64,000 nucleotides of DNA, taken from the NCBI GenBank assembly GCA_963749915.1, contig CAVVOP010000019.1:32001-96000 (forward strand), given 5' to 3'. The notes below the pieces were generated by a model, which worked only from the letters and a program-made list of their open reading frames with translations, searched no databases and had not been told where the DNA came from. Position numbers and translations under genes: made by a program. Every line of letters begins with the position of its first letter. Within the stretch, counting starts at the first letter, position 1. Shown here one piece after another: positions 33,365-44,042 of this stretch. Source of the DNA: an uncultured cyanobacterium. GTDB taxonomy: Bacteria; Cyanobacteriota; Cyanobacteriia; Cyanobacteriales; Cyanobacteriaceae.

Positions 33365-33843
33365 TTTGCCAATAAAAGATCAAAAAAACTATCCTCTAAA
33401 TCGTAACCGAAAATTTGAGCCATGGCTTTAAGTCGGGAATTACCCTTAATATTTTGTTGTTTTAACCAACGATGAAGGGTAAAAGTTTTTGCCATCACAA
33501 AAATATCGAGAGCTTCTGTATTATACTGTATTCCTTCAACGCGGTTAAAGCTGTGAGGAACAAGCATTGCCGCATATCTTGCTAATTCACCATCTCGCCA
33601 GTTAAGACAAAAAGGCAACCAAGGGTAAAGACTATCTAAGGCAATAAACCAAAGTCTTATGTCTGGTATTTCTGACAATTCACGAGGATCGGTTTCTTCT
33701 CTCGGATAATCGATATTGAAAACCAATTGTTGTTCTAATATTAAAATTTCTTGATGTTTTTCTGAGTCTTCAATAACCTTCTCCACAGGAGATAAGTCTA
33801 GTTGTTTAATATGGTTTTGATTAATTTTAATGGTAATAGCCAT
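33361..33843 (-). CDS. crr6: CRR6-family NdhI maturation factor
   Basis: DPRELSEIPDIRLWF and ELARYAAMLVPH. Confidence 0.9.
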   Translation of the reverse strand: MAITIKINQNHIKQLDLSPVEKVIEDSEKHQEILILEQQLVFNIDYPREETDPRELSEIPDIRLWFIALDSLYPWLPFCLNWRDGELARYAAMLVPHSFNRVEGIQYNTEALDIFVMAKTFTLHRWLKQQNIKGNSRLKAMAQIFGYDLEDSFFDLLLAN

Positions 33844-33919
33844 GTGGAATAATTGACAATTGAAATTGATAATTGATGGTTAAGGAAGGAGATAACAGAA
33901 AATACTTATTACTTATTAC

Positions 33920-34606
33920 TTATTGTCCATTCCAGACAGGATGAGAAAATAAGGCATTAATGACTCTGACACCGCGCAATTGATTTGACAAGGGTAAATG
34001 TCCCGTTGGTGCACTTAAATCCCAGATAAATTCTTGGGGGTATTTTGTCCATTTATTGCCAGATTTCCACTGTAATTTTTCCCATAATTGTGTATAGTCT
34101 TTTCCTAAAGATAACCATATTTGACGCTGTATTTGATAACCAAATTTTCCTTCTGAATATACTTGCCATAACAAATCTATTATTTTTAAATCTGTGGACG
34201 GAAATTTATCTACTTCGGTGAAATATACCCATTTTCTTTCCAGGGCAGTTTTTCCTGCTAATTCACATAATTTTATCCTTGTGAGTGCGTCGGCTTCTTG
34301 ATATTTTTTATTAATTAATAGTTGCTGTAAATCACTATAATCAATGTTTTTTTCTGATGTTAATTTAACAATCCCCTTCGGAAAATATAGATTTATAAAT
34401 TTCTCATTTTCTTCTTCATTGCTCTGTTTTAATAATTGATAGATTTTACCAGTGACAGGATCGGCTTGATCTTTTTTATTTAAAAAAAACTCTTTTAAAA
34501 ATTGATAGCCATCTTCTCCTTGAGCAATTAGTTCGCTCATGAGTGAGAGTTTATTTTTTTCTGATATTTGCTTAAACTTTTCTTTAAGAGTTTGTAAATC
34601 ATTCAT
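33920..34606 (-). CDS. gun4: GUN4 (Ycf53) Mg-chelatase activator family protein
   Basis: IDYSDLQQLL...EADALT...LWQVYSEGKFGYQIQRQIW...APTGHLPLSNQLRG. Confidence 0.9.
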   Translation of the reverse strand: MNDLQTLKEKFKQISEKNKLSLMSELIAQGEDGYQFLKEFFLNKKDQADPVTGKIYQLLKQSNEEENEKFINLYFPKGIVKLTSEKNIDYSDLQQLLINKKYQEADALTRIKLCELAGKTALERKWVYFTEVDKFPSTDLKIIDLLWQVYSEGKFGYQIQRQIWLSLGKDYTQLWEKLQWKSGNKWTKYPQEFIWDLSAPTGHLPLSNQLRGVRVINALFSHPVWNGQ

Positions 34607-34755
34607 TTTATTATTAATATTAAAGTTATTTATAAGAAGAAAAGAGCGAATTGTGATAATATTTTTAGAGCTTTTTATCGTTAATTATTTGATTGATGAC
34701 AATTTCTCAAAATACTTGTAGATAAACTCATGATATTTTGGCTGAACTATAAGGT

Positions 34756-35523
34756 TTATAGGGAGAAGATAATAAGATAAATATAAGTGCAGAAAATAGC
34801 AATCATTGCCCCCATAAGAGTATTCAAAATATTGACTATTTCATTAGTTAACCAGTGAAACTTAGTTTGTAAAGTTGCCCCAATTACACTTTCTAAGTTA
34901 GTAGCCACAAAGGCTGATATTAGGCAGATAATTACTCCTATACCGTTAATCATTCCTATACCATAAGCTAAGAAGGCGATCGCAATACTAGCAATAATAC
35001 CAGCAATAGTACCTTCAAGACTCACTGCACCTTCTGTGCCTCTGGGGACGGGTTTAAAAGTGGTAATCAAAAAAGTGCTTTTACCGTAGGCTTTACCTAT
35101 TTCACTGGCACAAGTATCCGATAATTTAGTCGCAAAACTAGCCACATAACCGATCAAAAAAAAATGTTGCCAAGAGGGAGGAGAAAAAACATAACCTAAT
35201 GAGCATATGGTGGCAATTAAGGCACTCCCCCAAACATTTTCAGGCCCCCTTATACCTGATCGTTTTTCGGCGATGCCTTCCGCTTCTTTTTTCTTGATGC
35301 CTACACGAGTAATTCCCGACCCTACCAAAAAATAAAACATGACCACCAAATAACCCTGCCATTGTAAACACCCCCACACAATTACCCCCAAAACCCAGGC
35401 ATGAAGATAACCCATTACGGTTAACAATTTTTTCGGGGAAATCAAAGCGATGATGATGAGAATAGTATTTAAAATAGTGGCAATTAACCAAGCATTAGAC
35501 CAATTAACATTAAGGTTTATCAT
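34756..35523 (-). CDS. DUF92/TIGR00297 membrane protein
   Basis: RGPENVWGSA, KLSDTCASEIGK and GTEGAVSLEGT. Confidence 0.9.
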   Translation of the reverse strand: MINLNVNWSNAWLIATILNTILIIIALISPKKLLTVMGYLHAWVLGVIVWGCLQWQGYLVVMFYFLVGSGITRVGIKKKEAEGIAEKRSGIRGPENVWGSALIATICSLGYVFSPPSWQHFFLIGYVASFATKLSDTCASEIGKAYGKSTFLITTFKPVPRGTEGAVSLEGTIAGIIASIAIAFLAYGIGMINGIGVIICLISAFVATNLESVIGATLQTKFHWLTNEIVNILNTLMGAMIAIFCTYIYLIIFSL

Positions 35524-35710
35524 AGTTATTTGGCAAGTTTAAAAGATGCTTTTTTGAGGCTAAAAGTTTACTAGCACTTCAATTTACTGGATTAAGTCCT
35601 CCTTGCTTCCCCAATCTCATCAGAGGAATATCCCCTCTAACTAACATTCTTTCTTTTGAAAGAGAGGAAATTAATTTGAGAATTTGAGAAAGCTAGTAAT
35701 TGAATCCTGA

Positions 35711-36259
35711 CTAGATAGCAATGGGTTGAGATAAATAACCGAGTTTTTCTAAACCTTGTAATACTTTATTTACGCTCTCCTCTAATTCTTCTAAGTCAGT
35801 ACGACACTCAATTTCAGCATTAGCTGGTGGCTCATAGGGATCGCTAATACCCGTAAACATTTTAATTTCACCACTACGGGCTTTCTGATACAAACCTTTA
35901 ACGTCTCTGCCTTCACAAACAGAAAGAGGTGCATTCACAAAAACTTCAACGAAGTTACCAATTTTTCCCCTGACTTCTTCTCTAATGGCACGATAAGGAG
36001 AAATAGCCGACACAATAACGATAACACCATTACGGGTAAGTAAATTAGAGACAAAACCGATACGGCGAATATTCTCGTCTCTATCTTCCTTGCTAAAACC
36101 TAATCCTTTTGTTAAGTTAGTGCGAACTATATCACCGTCTAAGACTTCTAATTTGTAGCCTTGTTCTCTTAATTTTAGTTCTACTTGGTGACTAATAGTG
36201 GTTTTCCCCGCACCGCTTAATCCTGTAAACCAAATGGTTACACCTTTTTGTTCCATCAT
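35711..36259 (-). CDS. cysC: Adenylyl-sulfate kinase
   Basis: WFTGLSGAGKTT, LDGDIVR and RDVKGLY. Confidence 0.97.
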   Translation of the reverse strand: MMEQKGVTIWFTGLSGAGKTTISHQVELKLREQGYKLEVLDGDIVRTNLTKGLGFSKEDRDENIRRIGFVSNLLTRNGVIVIVSAISPYRAIREEVRGKIGNFVEVFVNAPLSVCEGRDVKGLYQKARSGEIKMFTGISDPYEPPANAEIECRTDLEELEESVNKVLQGLEKLGYLSQPIAI

Positions 36260-36509
36260 ATTTATTATATTTATTAACTAGTGGGCTCTAAATATCCCTA
36301 AAGTATTTTACAGGTGAAAGAGGCAATTAACAACTTTATTGTACCTCAATACTGCTCGATTAAGTCCGAAACGACCATTCAGGAGTAATTTTGCAAGTAT
36401 CTATCGAACATTTGTCCCCATATTTGTTCCAGAACGTGTTAAAACCATGACAATTACAATGTTTGATATAAAAAAGAGCTAATGCTAACTCATCTGCTGA
36501 ATGTAGATT

Positions 36510-37265
36510 CTACTTTTTACGTTCGGGAAAATGATCGATTTCGGCAGTGCCATAAAACACGAACTCCTTATCTTTAACCCTAGCACGATCGACTCTTAAT
36601 CGAATGCCATCAAGGGAAAAGTTATCTAAATCCAATAAATTATTAACATGATCAAGAATAGCTTGTCCTAATGCTTGACCTTCATTATTTCCTTGATATT
36701 GAGGGTTAGTAAATTGAATTTTTGTTCTACCTTGTAACTCTAAATCTGTCTTAATATCTATGGTTGTCATTTCCTCACTATCTCCTACTTTTATTTGAGA
36801 TTTAATAGTTAAAGATTTATCCTCATTTACTGTCATTTCCGTATGTTGAAAATGGAGGGGTTTTCCTTGATATTCTAGTCTTTGTAGCTTTTCGATGATA
36901 AAAGGAGTATTAAAGGAAGTGGTTAAATCTTCCTCCGTAAGCACAATCCTCATAGTGGCTTGAGTGGGTTGTCTTAACTTCACTTTACCGCTAAAAATCG
37001 CACTAAAATCGATGGAAACCGCTTGGAGATACAATTCCATCGCCTCTAAGCGTAAACCATTATACATCAACATACCGTTACCAACGAAGTCGAAGCCATC
37101 AACACTCCCTTGTAAAAGTTTGGCTACAGGCTCGACTCTAAGATTCGCTTGTAATTTGCCCGTCTTTTTAAACAAGGCGGCAATAGCTGTTGTTATTGCT
37201 TTGCTGACGATTTGATCGCCACTTTGTCCGGAAAAAGGTAAGCTGCCAAACACAATTGCTGTCAT
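36510..37265 (-). CDS. DUF2993/LmeA-like protein
   Basis: KLLQGSVDG and LTEEDLTTSFN motifs. Confidence 0.75.
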   Translation of the reverse strand: MTAIVFGSLPFSGQSGDQIVSKAITTAIAALFKKTGKLQANLRVEPVAKLLQGSVDGFDFVGNGMLMYNGLRLEAMELYLQAVSIDFSAIFSGKVKLRQPTQATMRIVLTEEDLTTSFNTPFIIEKLQRLEYQGKPLHFQHTEMTVNEDKSLTIKSQIKVGDSEEMTTIDIKTDLELQGRTKIQFTNPQYQGNNEGQALGQAILDHVNNLLDLDNFSLDGIRLRVDRARVKDKEFVFYGTAEIDHFPERKK

Positions 37266-37575
37266 CGTCCTGATTTACTTTTACAACTACCTATCTTAAC
37301 ATTAAGAAATATTAAAATAAGTAAATTAATGTTAACAAACTGAGTGTCTAGTTAGGGTTTCGGAGTTCAGGGTTCAGAGTTACAATGTTTTTTGTTCCCT
37401 AAAATAAGGGATACAGAGTTTTTCTTCTTTTTAATGTATTCCAGATATTTCCCCATATAGGTCAGGTAATACAATTATAGGAAATCATAATTCTCAAACC
37501 AAGATTTCCAGGGAATTTACCTTTTCCCTTGTCTCCTCTGGCTTTTGCGATAATAGTTTTCTCAACCACCCCAGT

Positions 37576-38706
37576 TTAGTTTATAAGAGTTTTTACTGTC
37601 AATTCTAAATCTTCCTTGGTGGTATGACGATCGAAACTGAAACGAATACCCTTTACGGCTTCTATTTCTGAGTAACCTATTGCTAACAATACTGGAGAAG
37701 GTAAAGTTCGACCACTACTACAAGCTGAACCAGCACTGATGGCAATATCTTTTAAACTTAATTGTCTGACGATTGTTCTCCCTGTCATGTTTGGAGAGGG
37801 ATGGTTAATGATAAAACTGGCGTGGTGGGGTAAGCGATAATATTTGTCGCCGGTTAGGGATAAATAAGGACATTGAGATAAAATTAAATCAATAAAATAA
37901 TCTCTTAATTCTCTTAATCTGAGGCTTTCCGACTCTATTTCTTTTTGTGCTAGACTGGCGGCCAATCCTAAAGAGGCAATGGCAGGTAGTGCTTGTGTTC
38001 CGCTTCGCAATCCGTTCTCTTGTCCTCCTCCATGACAGAGGGGTTGTAATGGTACATCTTTTCTACAATATAATGCTCCCGCCCCTTGAATACCATAAAA
38101 TTTATGTCCAGAAAGGGATAATAAGTCAACTCCTAAACTGTCAACATCGATGGGTAAACGAGCGACAACTTGCACTGCATCAGTGTGAAATAATGCTTGG
38201 CTATAGTTTTTCGTGATTTTTACCAATTTTTTTATGGGTTGAATTGTGCCAACTTCACTTTGTCCATAGATAATAGATACTAAGACAGTATTAGATTGGA
38301 GGGCATTTTTTAAGTCTTCAGGGTTAACCCTTCCTTCTCGGTTTACAGGCAATTTTGTTACTTGCCAACCCTTTTTCTCCAGAAACTCCACAGGACGAGC
38401 GATGGCCGAATGTTCTACACTAGAGATAATCAAATGTTGCGGGTGTTCATAATTAGAAGTTACGCCAAAAATCGCCAAATTATCAGCCTCTGTGCCACCG
38501 GAAGTAAAGATAATATTATCAGGAGAAGAAGCATTGAGTAAATCTGCCACTTGCCATCTAGCTTTTTCTAGGGTCATAGCCGCCCTTTCCCCCCAAGAAT
38601 GTAAACTGGAAGGATTACCCCAACCTTTTGTTAAAATGTCGGTAACTAATTGGATAACTTCTGCACGGGGTGCAGTGGTGGCACTAGAATCAAGATAGAT
38701 TGGCAT
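37576..38706 (-). CDS. Cysteine desulfurase (IscS/NifS group I)
   Basis: IYLDSSATT, GNPSSLH, FTSGGTEADN, HTDAVQ, SGHKF and SAGSACSS. Confidence 0.95.
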   Translation of the reverse strand: MPIYLDSSATTAPRAEVIQLVTDILTKGWGNPSSLHSWGERAAMTLEKARWQVADLLNASSPDNIIFTSGGTEADNLAIFGVTSNYEHPQHLIISSVEHSAIARPVEFLEKKGWQVTKLPVNREGRVNPEDLKNALQSNTVLVSIIYGQSEVGTIQPIKKLVKITKNYSQALFHTDAVQVVARLPIDVDSLGVDLLSLSGHKFYGIQGAGALYCRKDVPLQPLCHGGGQENGLRSGTQALPAIASLGLAASLAQKEIESESLRLRELRDYFIDLILSQCPYLSLTGDKYYRLPHHASFIINHPSPNMTGRTIVRQLSLKDIAISAGSACSSGRTLPSPVLLAIGYSEIEAVKGIRFSFDRHTTKEDLELTVKTLIN

Positions 38707-38804
38707 TCTTTAACCGTTAACAGTTAATAGTGAATAATTGATAATTAGAACGAATTCAGAGAATATGATAATAGAAGTTTTAGCTTATCCAAAACTGAGA
38801 TTAA

Positions 38805-40088
38805 TTAACCAAATTGTTCGCTAATTTCAAGGTTAAATAAAGTTTGTAATGTTTGTAATGCTTTTCTTCTGGCTTCTATATCCTGTTGTGCCCTCAGTTG
38901 TACCATGGGATCATGCAATATTTTATTGACGATACCTCTGGTTAAAGCTTCGATTACTTCTTGATGTTTTTCGGCAAATTCTGATCCTAATCTTGATAAG
39001 GCTTTCTCTAATTCTTGTTCTCTAATTTCTTCGATTTTACTGCGCAAACAGCTAATAGTAGGCACGGTTTCCAAAGATTGCCACCATAGTTCAAAAGCTT
39101 CGATTTCTTCTTCCAATAATGCCTCGGCTTCCCTTGCCATTTCTCGGCGACTGGCGTGATTTTGGGCAACTACTGCCTTTAAGTCATCCACATTGTAGGA
39201 AACAATAAAGTTCAACTCGGCAACATCACTAGATACATTTCGAGGTACAGAAATATCCACTAACATGATAGACTGAAATACTTCCATGTTCGAAAGATTC
39301 TTTTTATCAAGAATCGGTTGAGTTGCCCCAGTACTTGTAAATACTACGCTAGACTGACTTACTACCATCATCATGTCTTCGAGGGGATGGAGTTGTAAGT
39401 TGACTTGAGGAAATTGCCTGGCTAATTCTTGGGATCGACTAGCGGAACGGTTTACAATGGCAATGTTAGAAACCCCTTTAGAGGCTAGATGTTGCACCAG
39501 TAAACGGGACATTTTTCCAGCACCGATAATAGACACTTTTTGACAGGATAAATCGTCGATTTTCGTATCGACTAATTCCACCGCCGCTGAACTAATAGAT
39601 ACGGCCCCAGTACCGATATTTGTCTCTGTGCGTACTCTTTTTCCCGCACTAATAGCTTGTTTAAATAATCGATCTAGTAATCGCCCCATACCCTGATACT
39701 TGGTGGCTAATTTATGGGTATTTCTTACCTGGGCTAGAATTTGTCCTTCTCCCAACACTAGGCTTTCTAACCCCGCTGAGACGCGCATCAAGTGACGAAT
39801 TGCATCTTGGTGTAAAAGCATAAATAAATGCCTTCTTAATTGTTGTAAAGGAACATGACCAATTTCTGCCAAAAACTGGCTAATTTCTTTGATTCCTTGT
39901 TCTGTTTCTTTTACTATTGCATAAATTTCTAAGCGGTTACAAGTACTCATAATTCCCACTTCTTCAACATGAGGATAGTTAAGAAGATGATGAATAGATT
40001 CTTGGATTTTGGCTTCAGGAATACTCAATTTTTCTCTTACCTCAACCGCGGCGGTTTTATGGGAAAGACCTACTACAATAACGTTCAT
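38805..40088 (-). CDS. hemA: Glutamyl-tRNA reductase
   Basis: [25 protein letters not shown] and IGAGKM. Confidence 0.98.
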   Translation of the reverse strand: MNVIVVGLSHKTAAVEVREKLSIPEAKIQESIHHLLNYPHVEEVGIMSTCNRLEIYAIVKETEQGIKEISQFLAEIGHVPLQQLRRHLFMLLHQDAIRHLMRVSAGLESLVLGEGQILAQVRNTHKLATKYQGMGRLLDRLFKQAISAGKRVRTETNIGTGAVSISSAAVELVDTKIDDLSCQKVSIIGAGKMSRLLVQHLASKGVSNIAIVNRSASRSQELARQFPQVNLQLHPLEDMMMVVSQSSVVFTSTGATQPILDKKNLSNMEVFQSIMLVDISVPRNVSSDVAELNFIVSYNVDDLKAVVAQNHASRREMAREAEALLEEEIEAFELWWQSLETVPTISCLRSKIEEIREQELEKALSRLGSEFAEKHQEVIEALTRGIVNKILHDPMVQLRAQQDIEARRKALQTLQTLFNLEISEQFG

Positions 40089-40270
40089 TTCGTGATCTTA
40101 AGTATAAATAATCTGGTCACTATAAAAATGCTTTCAAACAATTTTAATCATCACTGATGTTGCGGTATTTGGCAATTTCTTCTTAATCTTTTGCAATGAA
40201 ACTTTATATTGCAACGAGTTCCCATTATGGGGAAGACATTAAAATTGTTAATTGTTAATTATTTTGTTAT

Positions 40271-41611
40271 TTATTGTCCTGTAATAGATAAACTATCAAT
40301 CCAAATATAAGGACAAACACCGCCGGGAGTTATTTCGGCTTCCCCTCCCACAAAAATAATCGATTTTAAAAGGTCGAGAAAATCCCCCGCCACCGTTGCG
40401 GCTTCAATGCTGACTTTTTCTCCTTTATTCACTAACCAACCGTCAAAGGGTAATGAAAACGATCCTTGTAAAGAATTAACTCCAGCATGTAAGGCTTGTA
40501 CATCATCGATTAAGATCACATTTTCAGCGCTATCCAAATTATATTCGGTGGTGGGCTCTTGACCACGAAAAACATGATAATAATTCGGGCTAATACTTAC
40601 CTTTGCACCAATACTAGCGTGTCCTGTGGGAGTTGCATTCATTCTTTTGGCGGTGACACTACTATGTAAAAAATTCACTAAAACCCCGTTTTCGATAATT
40701 GGTAAATTGCGAGTAGGTGTGCCCTCGCCGTCAAAGGTTTCCGCACTCACATTCCCCGAATGTAAGGGATTATCACTGACCGACAGTAAGGGGGAGGCGA
40801 TTTCTTGCCCTAAAGACTCCGGTGTAGATAGACTTTGTTTATCGAGAATATTTTGAGCGTTGTAAAGATTATCAAATGCTCCAAGGAGGCTTAAAAAGGC
40901 TTCGGGAGAAAAAACTACTCGATATTTTCCTGATTTTATCCCTTTATAATTGAGATGACTAATGGTTTTGTCAAGGGTTTCTTGATAACAACCATCAATG
41001 TCCAATTTTTGTAGGGTATTGGCTACTTTATACGCCCCACCGCTACGAGGTTTTCTGTCTTCTTGTTCGGTGGTAGTATATAAATAAATAGAGAAAAAGG
41101 AGCGGGTTTCTTCCCTCAATGCACCATCACTATTAAGATAAAATCGTTCTATTTCTTGTTCTGATAATCCATTATAGGGCACAGAGGCGATCGCCTCATG
41201 GGAGTTTAATAAATCCTGTTCAATTTTCAATAGCTTATCAATCAACTCCGAAGCGGGAGAGGCAGGGCCTAATTCGCTGTTTACTGGTGATAAAGGAGAT
41301 TTAGCCTGATTGCTAAAATCGGGAATATGATCAGTAACCCCAAAGTTACTAGCTTCTAAAGCCGTTTTTAAAGCTAATTCAATGCCCACAGGATCAACAT
41401 CCGTAGTTGATGTGACACCAATCTGTTTTTTCTCGTTCCAAACTCTGACAATCACATTAGATTTTTGGGAGGCTTTTACCTGTTTTGGTTCTCCCTGAAA
41501 CACTTGTACGCTAGTTTGATCAGTTGCTGAACCGTATATATCAAATTTTTTTATTCCTAATTGAGAGGCTTTTTCGGTTGCAGTTTGAGCAATAGTCTGA
41601 ACTTTTGACAT
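40271..41611 (-). CDS. TldD/PmbA-family protein (PmbA/TldE-like)
   Basis: FDGEGTPT and HAGVNSLQGSFSLPFDG; no HExxxH. Confidence 0.88.
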   Translation of the reverse strand: MSKVQTIAQTATEKASQLGIKKFDIYGSATDQTSVQVFQGEPKQVKASQKSNVIVRVWNEKKQIGVTSTTDVDPVGIELALKTALEASNFGVTDHIPDFSNQAKSPLSPVNSELGPASPASELIDKLLKIEQDLLNSHEAIASVPYNGLSEQEIERFYLNSDGALREETRSFFSIYLYTTTEQEDRKPRSGGAYKVANTLQKLDIDGCYQETLDKTISHLNYKGIKSGKYRVVFSPEAFLSLLGAFDNLYNAQNILDKQSLSTPESLGQEIASPLLSVSDNPLHSGNVSAETFDGEGTPTRNLPIIENGVLVNFLHSSVTAKRMNATPTGHASIGAKVSISPNYYHVFRGQEPTTEYNLDSAENVILIDDVQALHAGVNSLQGSFSLPFDGWLVNKGEKVSIEAATVAGDFLDLLKSIIFVGGEAEITPGGVCPYIWIDSLSITGQ

Positions 41612-41878
41612 GATCTAGTTTTTTACTGGTCTTTTGGTCATATTATAACCGATGCTGCTAGGGAATAAATGATCTTAGAATTGCTGACAAAAATGTCAAA
41701 AAATTGGTAAGATTATCCATCTATGATATCTTTTTTCTTCTAATTTTTGTCTAATTCGTAATCAGATGCAATTCATTGTCTAAAGCTGAAAATTTGTCTC
41801 AAACTCTTACACTGTTGCCCGTTCCTCGTTCCTTCCCGACTTCTTCAAGAAGTCTATTAATTGAGAGTATAGTAGTTA

Positions 41879-43867
41879 ATGTGCGATACTTTTTTGGTTT
41901 GTGGTTTAGGTAGTCTAGGGCAAAATTGTGTGGTTGCTCTGAAAAAATTTGGCGTGAAAGTAATTGCCATTGAGCAACATCTGCCTCTGAGTTGGGAAAT
42001 CAAAATACTACCTGATTTACTCGAACAACTGATTATCGGTGATTGTAGCGATAAATTGATTTTAACTAAGGCTCGGATTGAACGATGTCGGGCGGCTTTA
42101 ATTGTCACCACAGCGGAAAAAATCAATGTCAAAACGGCGATCTCCATTCGTCAACTTAACCCGAAAACGAGACTGGTATTGAGATCAGCCCAAGAGAACT
42201 TGAACGAATTATTAAGTCAGGAGTTGGGTAACTTTATTGCTTACGAACCGACACATTTGCCAGCCAATGCTTTTGCTTTATCGGCGTTGGGCACGGAAAC
42301 CCTCGGGCTTTTTTCCTTAGACAATCAACAACTTCGCATTAGTCAAATTAAATTATCAGCCTCTCATCCCTGGTGTAATTTCCGTTTATTGTCGGAATTA
42401 AATACTCGCACTCGTCGTATTATTGATCATTCTCGATTGGGGCAATCATTCCTAACCAGTTTTTATCAATGGCAACCGGAGACCAAGTTATTAGCTAACG
42501 ATCGGATTATTTACATTGAAACTGAAGATAATTTTCGCCTCAATCCTCATTTTAATGCTCACCAAAAATCTCATTTTTCCCCCCCAAGATTAGGACAAAC
42601 TTTAGCAAATTTCCCCCTTAATTTAGCTCATTTACTGACTAAATTTTGGCAACTTAGCCTTCAACAACAAATTAGAAGAGTTGCCCTCTTTTCTGGCTTA
42701 ATTATTATCTTGTTAGTGATAGTCGGCACATTTTTATTTAAAAATTACTATCAAGGAACAACTTTTTTCTCGGCCTTTTATGTAACTGCTACTTTATTAT
42801 TGGGGGGTTATGGTGACTTATTCGGCAGTTTTGAACCGATCAGGGAGCTACCTCAATGGTTACAATTATTTAGTCTCGGTTTAACTTTAACCGGGACGGC
42901 TTTTGTAGGGGTAATTTATGCTTTATTGACGGAAGCCCTTTTATCTTCTAAGTTCGAGTTTACCCACAAACAGCCAGCTATTCCGACGGAAAATCATCTG
43001 GTAGTTGTTGGTTGTGGGCGAGTGGGAGAAAGGGTAGCTAAATTGCTACGGGAATATAAACAGACTGTTTTAGGGATTAGTTTTAATTCTCAAATTGATC
43101 AATCGAAATGGCAAGGTTTGCCCTTAATTATCGGGAATGTACAGGAAAGCTTGAAAAAGGCTCATCTGGACAGGGCGAAAAGTGTGGTAGTGGTTACTGA
43201 TGATGATATTGTTAATCTCGAAGTAGCCTTGATTACTCAATTAACGAATCCTCGCACCAATTTAGTGATTCGCAGCAACGACGAAGATTTAACGGAAAAT
43301 TTAACTCAATTGTTACCTCAAGCTAGCGTGATTGGGGTTTATCAAGTATCGGCGGAAGCATTTGCCGGAGCAGCTTTTGGGGAGAATATCCTCCATATTT
43401 TACATTTTGCCCATCAAACTATTTTAGTGACTGAATATCAGATTAGCCAAGAAGATACTCTCAACGGTTTATTATTATCGGAAATTGCCTATGGTTATGG
43501 AGTCATGCCAATTTTATATCAAGCCTATGATAGCTATAGCCCGACTTTACTGCCGGGGGATGATTTACAGGTGAATATTGGCGATCGCCTGATTATTTTA
43601 GGGACTATAGAAGGATTAAGACGAATAGAAGCAGGCAACAGAGAAAGGCAAACATGGGAGTTAGTGATTCAATCGGCGTACTCTAATGATGCCTTGTTTG
43701 AAGGGGCAAATGCGATCACCCGCATTTCTGGTTGCCCCCTGGCGGTAGCCAGAGAAACGATGAATAATTTACCCCAGACTTTACCAGTTAAACTTTACCA
43801 TCATCAAGCCGTGAGATTAGTTAAAGCACTAGGCAAAAATCGGATTAAAGCAGAACTGAAACATTAG
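41879..43867 (+). CDS. Potassium channel-like protein with TrkA-N (RCK) domains
   Basis: GLGSLG and GCGRVG Rossmann motifs; two TM helices flank the pore-like LLLGGYGD. Confidence 0.85.
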   Translation: MCDTFLVCGLGSLGQNCVVALKKFGVKVIAIEQHLPLSWEIKILPDLLEQLIIGDCSDKLILTKARIERCRAALIVTTAEKINVKTAISIRQLNPKTRLVLRSAQENLNELLSQELGNFIAYEPTHLPANAFALSALGTETLGLFSLDNQQLRISQIKLSASHPWCNFRLLSELNTRTRRIIDHSRLGQSFLTSFYQWQPETKLLANDRIIYIETEDNFRLNPHFNAHQKSHFSPPRLGQTLANFPLNLAHLLTKFWQLSLQQQIRRVALFSGLIIILLVIVGTFLFKNYYQGTTFFSAFYVTATLLLGGYGDLFGSFEPIRELPQWLQLFSLGLTLTGTAFVGVIYALLTEALLSSKFEFTHKQPAIPTENHLVVVGCGRVGERVAKLLREYKQTVLGISFNSQIDQSKWQGLPLIIGNVQESLKKAHLDRAKSVVVVTDDDIVNLEVALITQLTNPRTNLVIRSNDEDLTENLTQLLPQASVIGVYQVSAEAFAGAAFGENILHILHFAHQTILVTEYQISQEDTLNGLLLSEIAYGYGVMPILYQAYDSYSPTLLPGDDLQVNIGDRLIILGTIEGLRRIEAGNRERQTWELVIQSAYSNDALFEGANAITRISGCPLAVARETMNNLPQTLPVKLYHHQAVRLVKALGKNRIKAELKH

Positions 43868-44042
43868 TGTTCCTATGATAAAGTCGGTTACAAAGTTAGT
43901 ATTAATAACAATACCTTCGTCAAAAAAAGATCATAAACTCAACCGAAATGTAAAGAAATGTGTGCGTTTGCCCTGCTCACTGGGCCGATGCTCTAGTACA
44001 CTAGAGCTAAACAATGGTGTTTCTGGAAAGTCAGGATTATCG

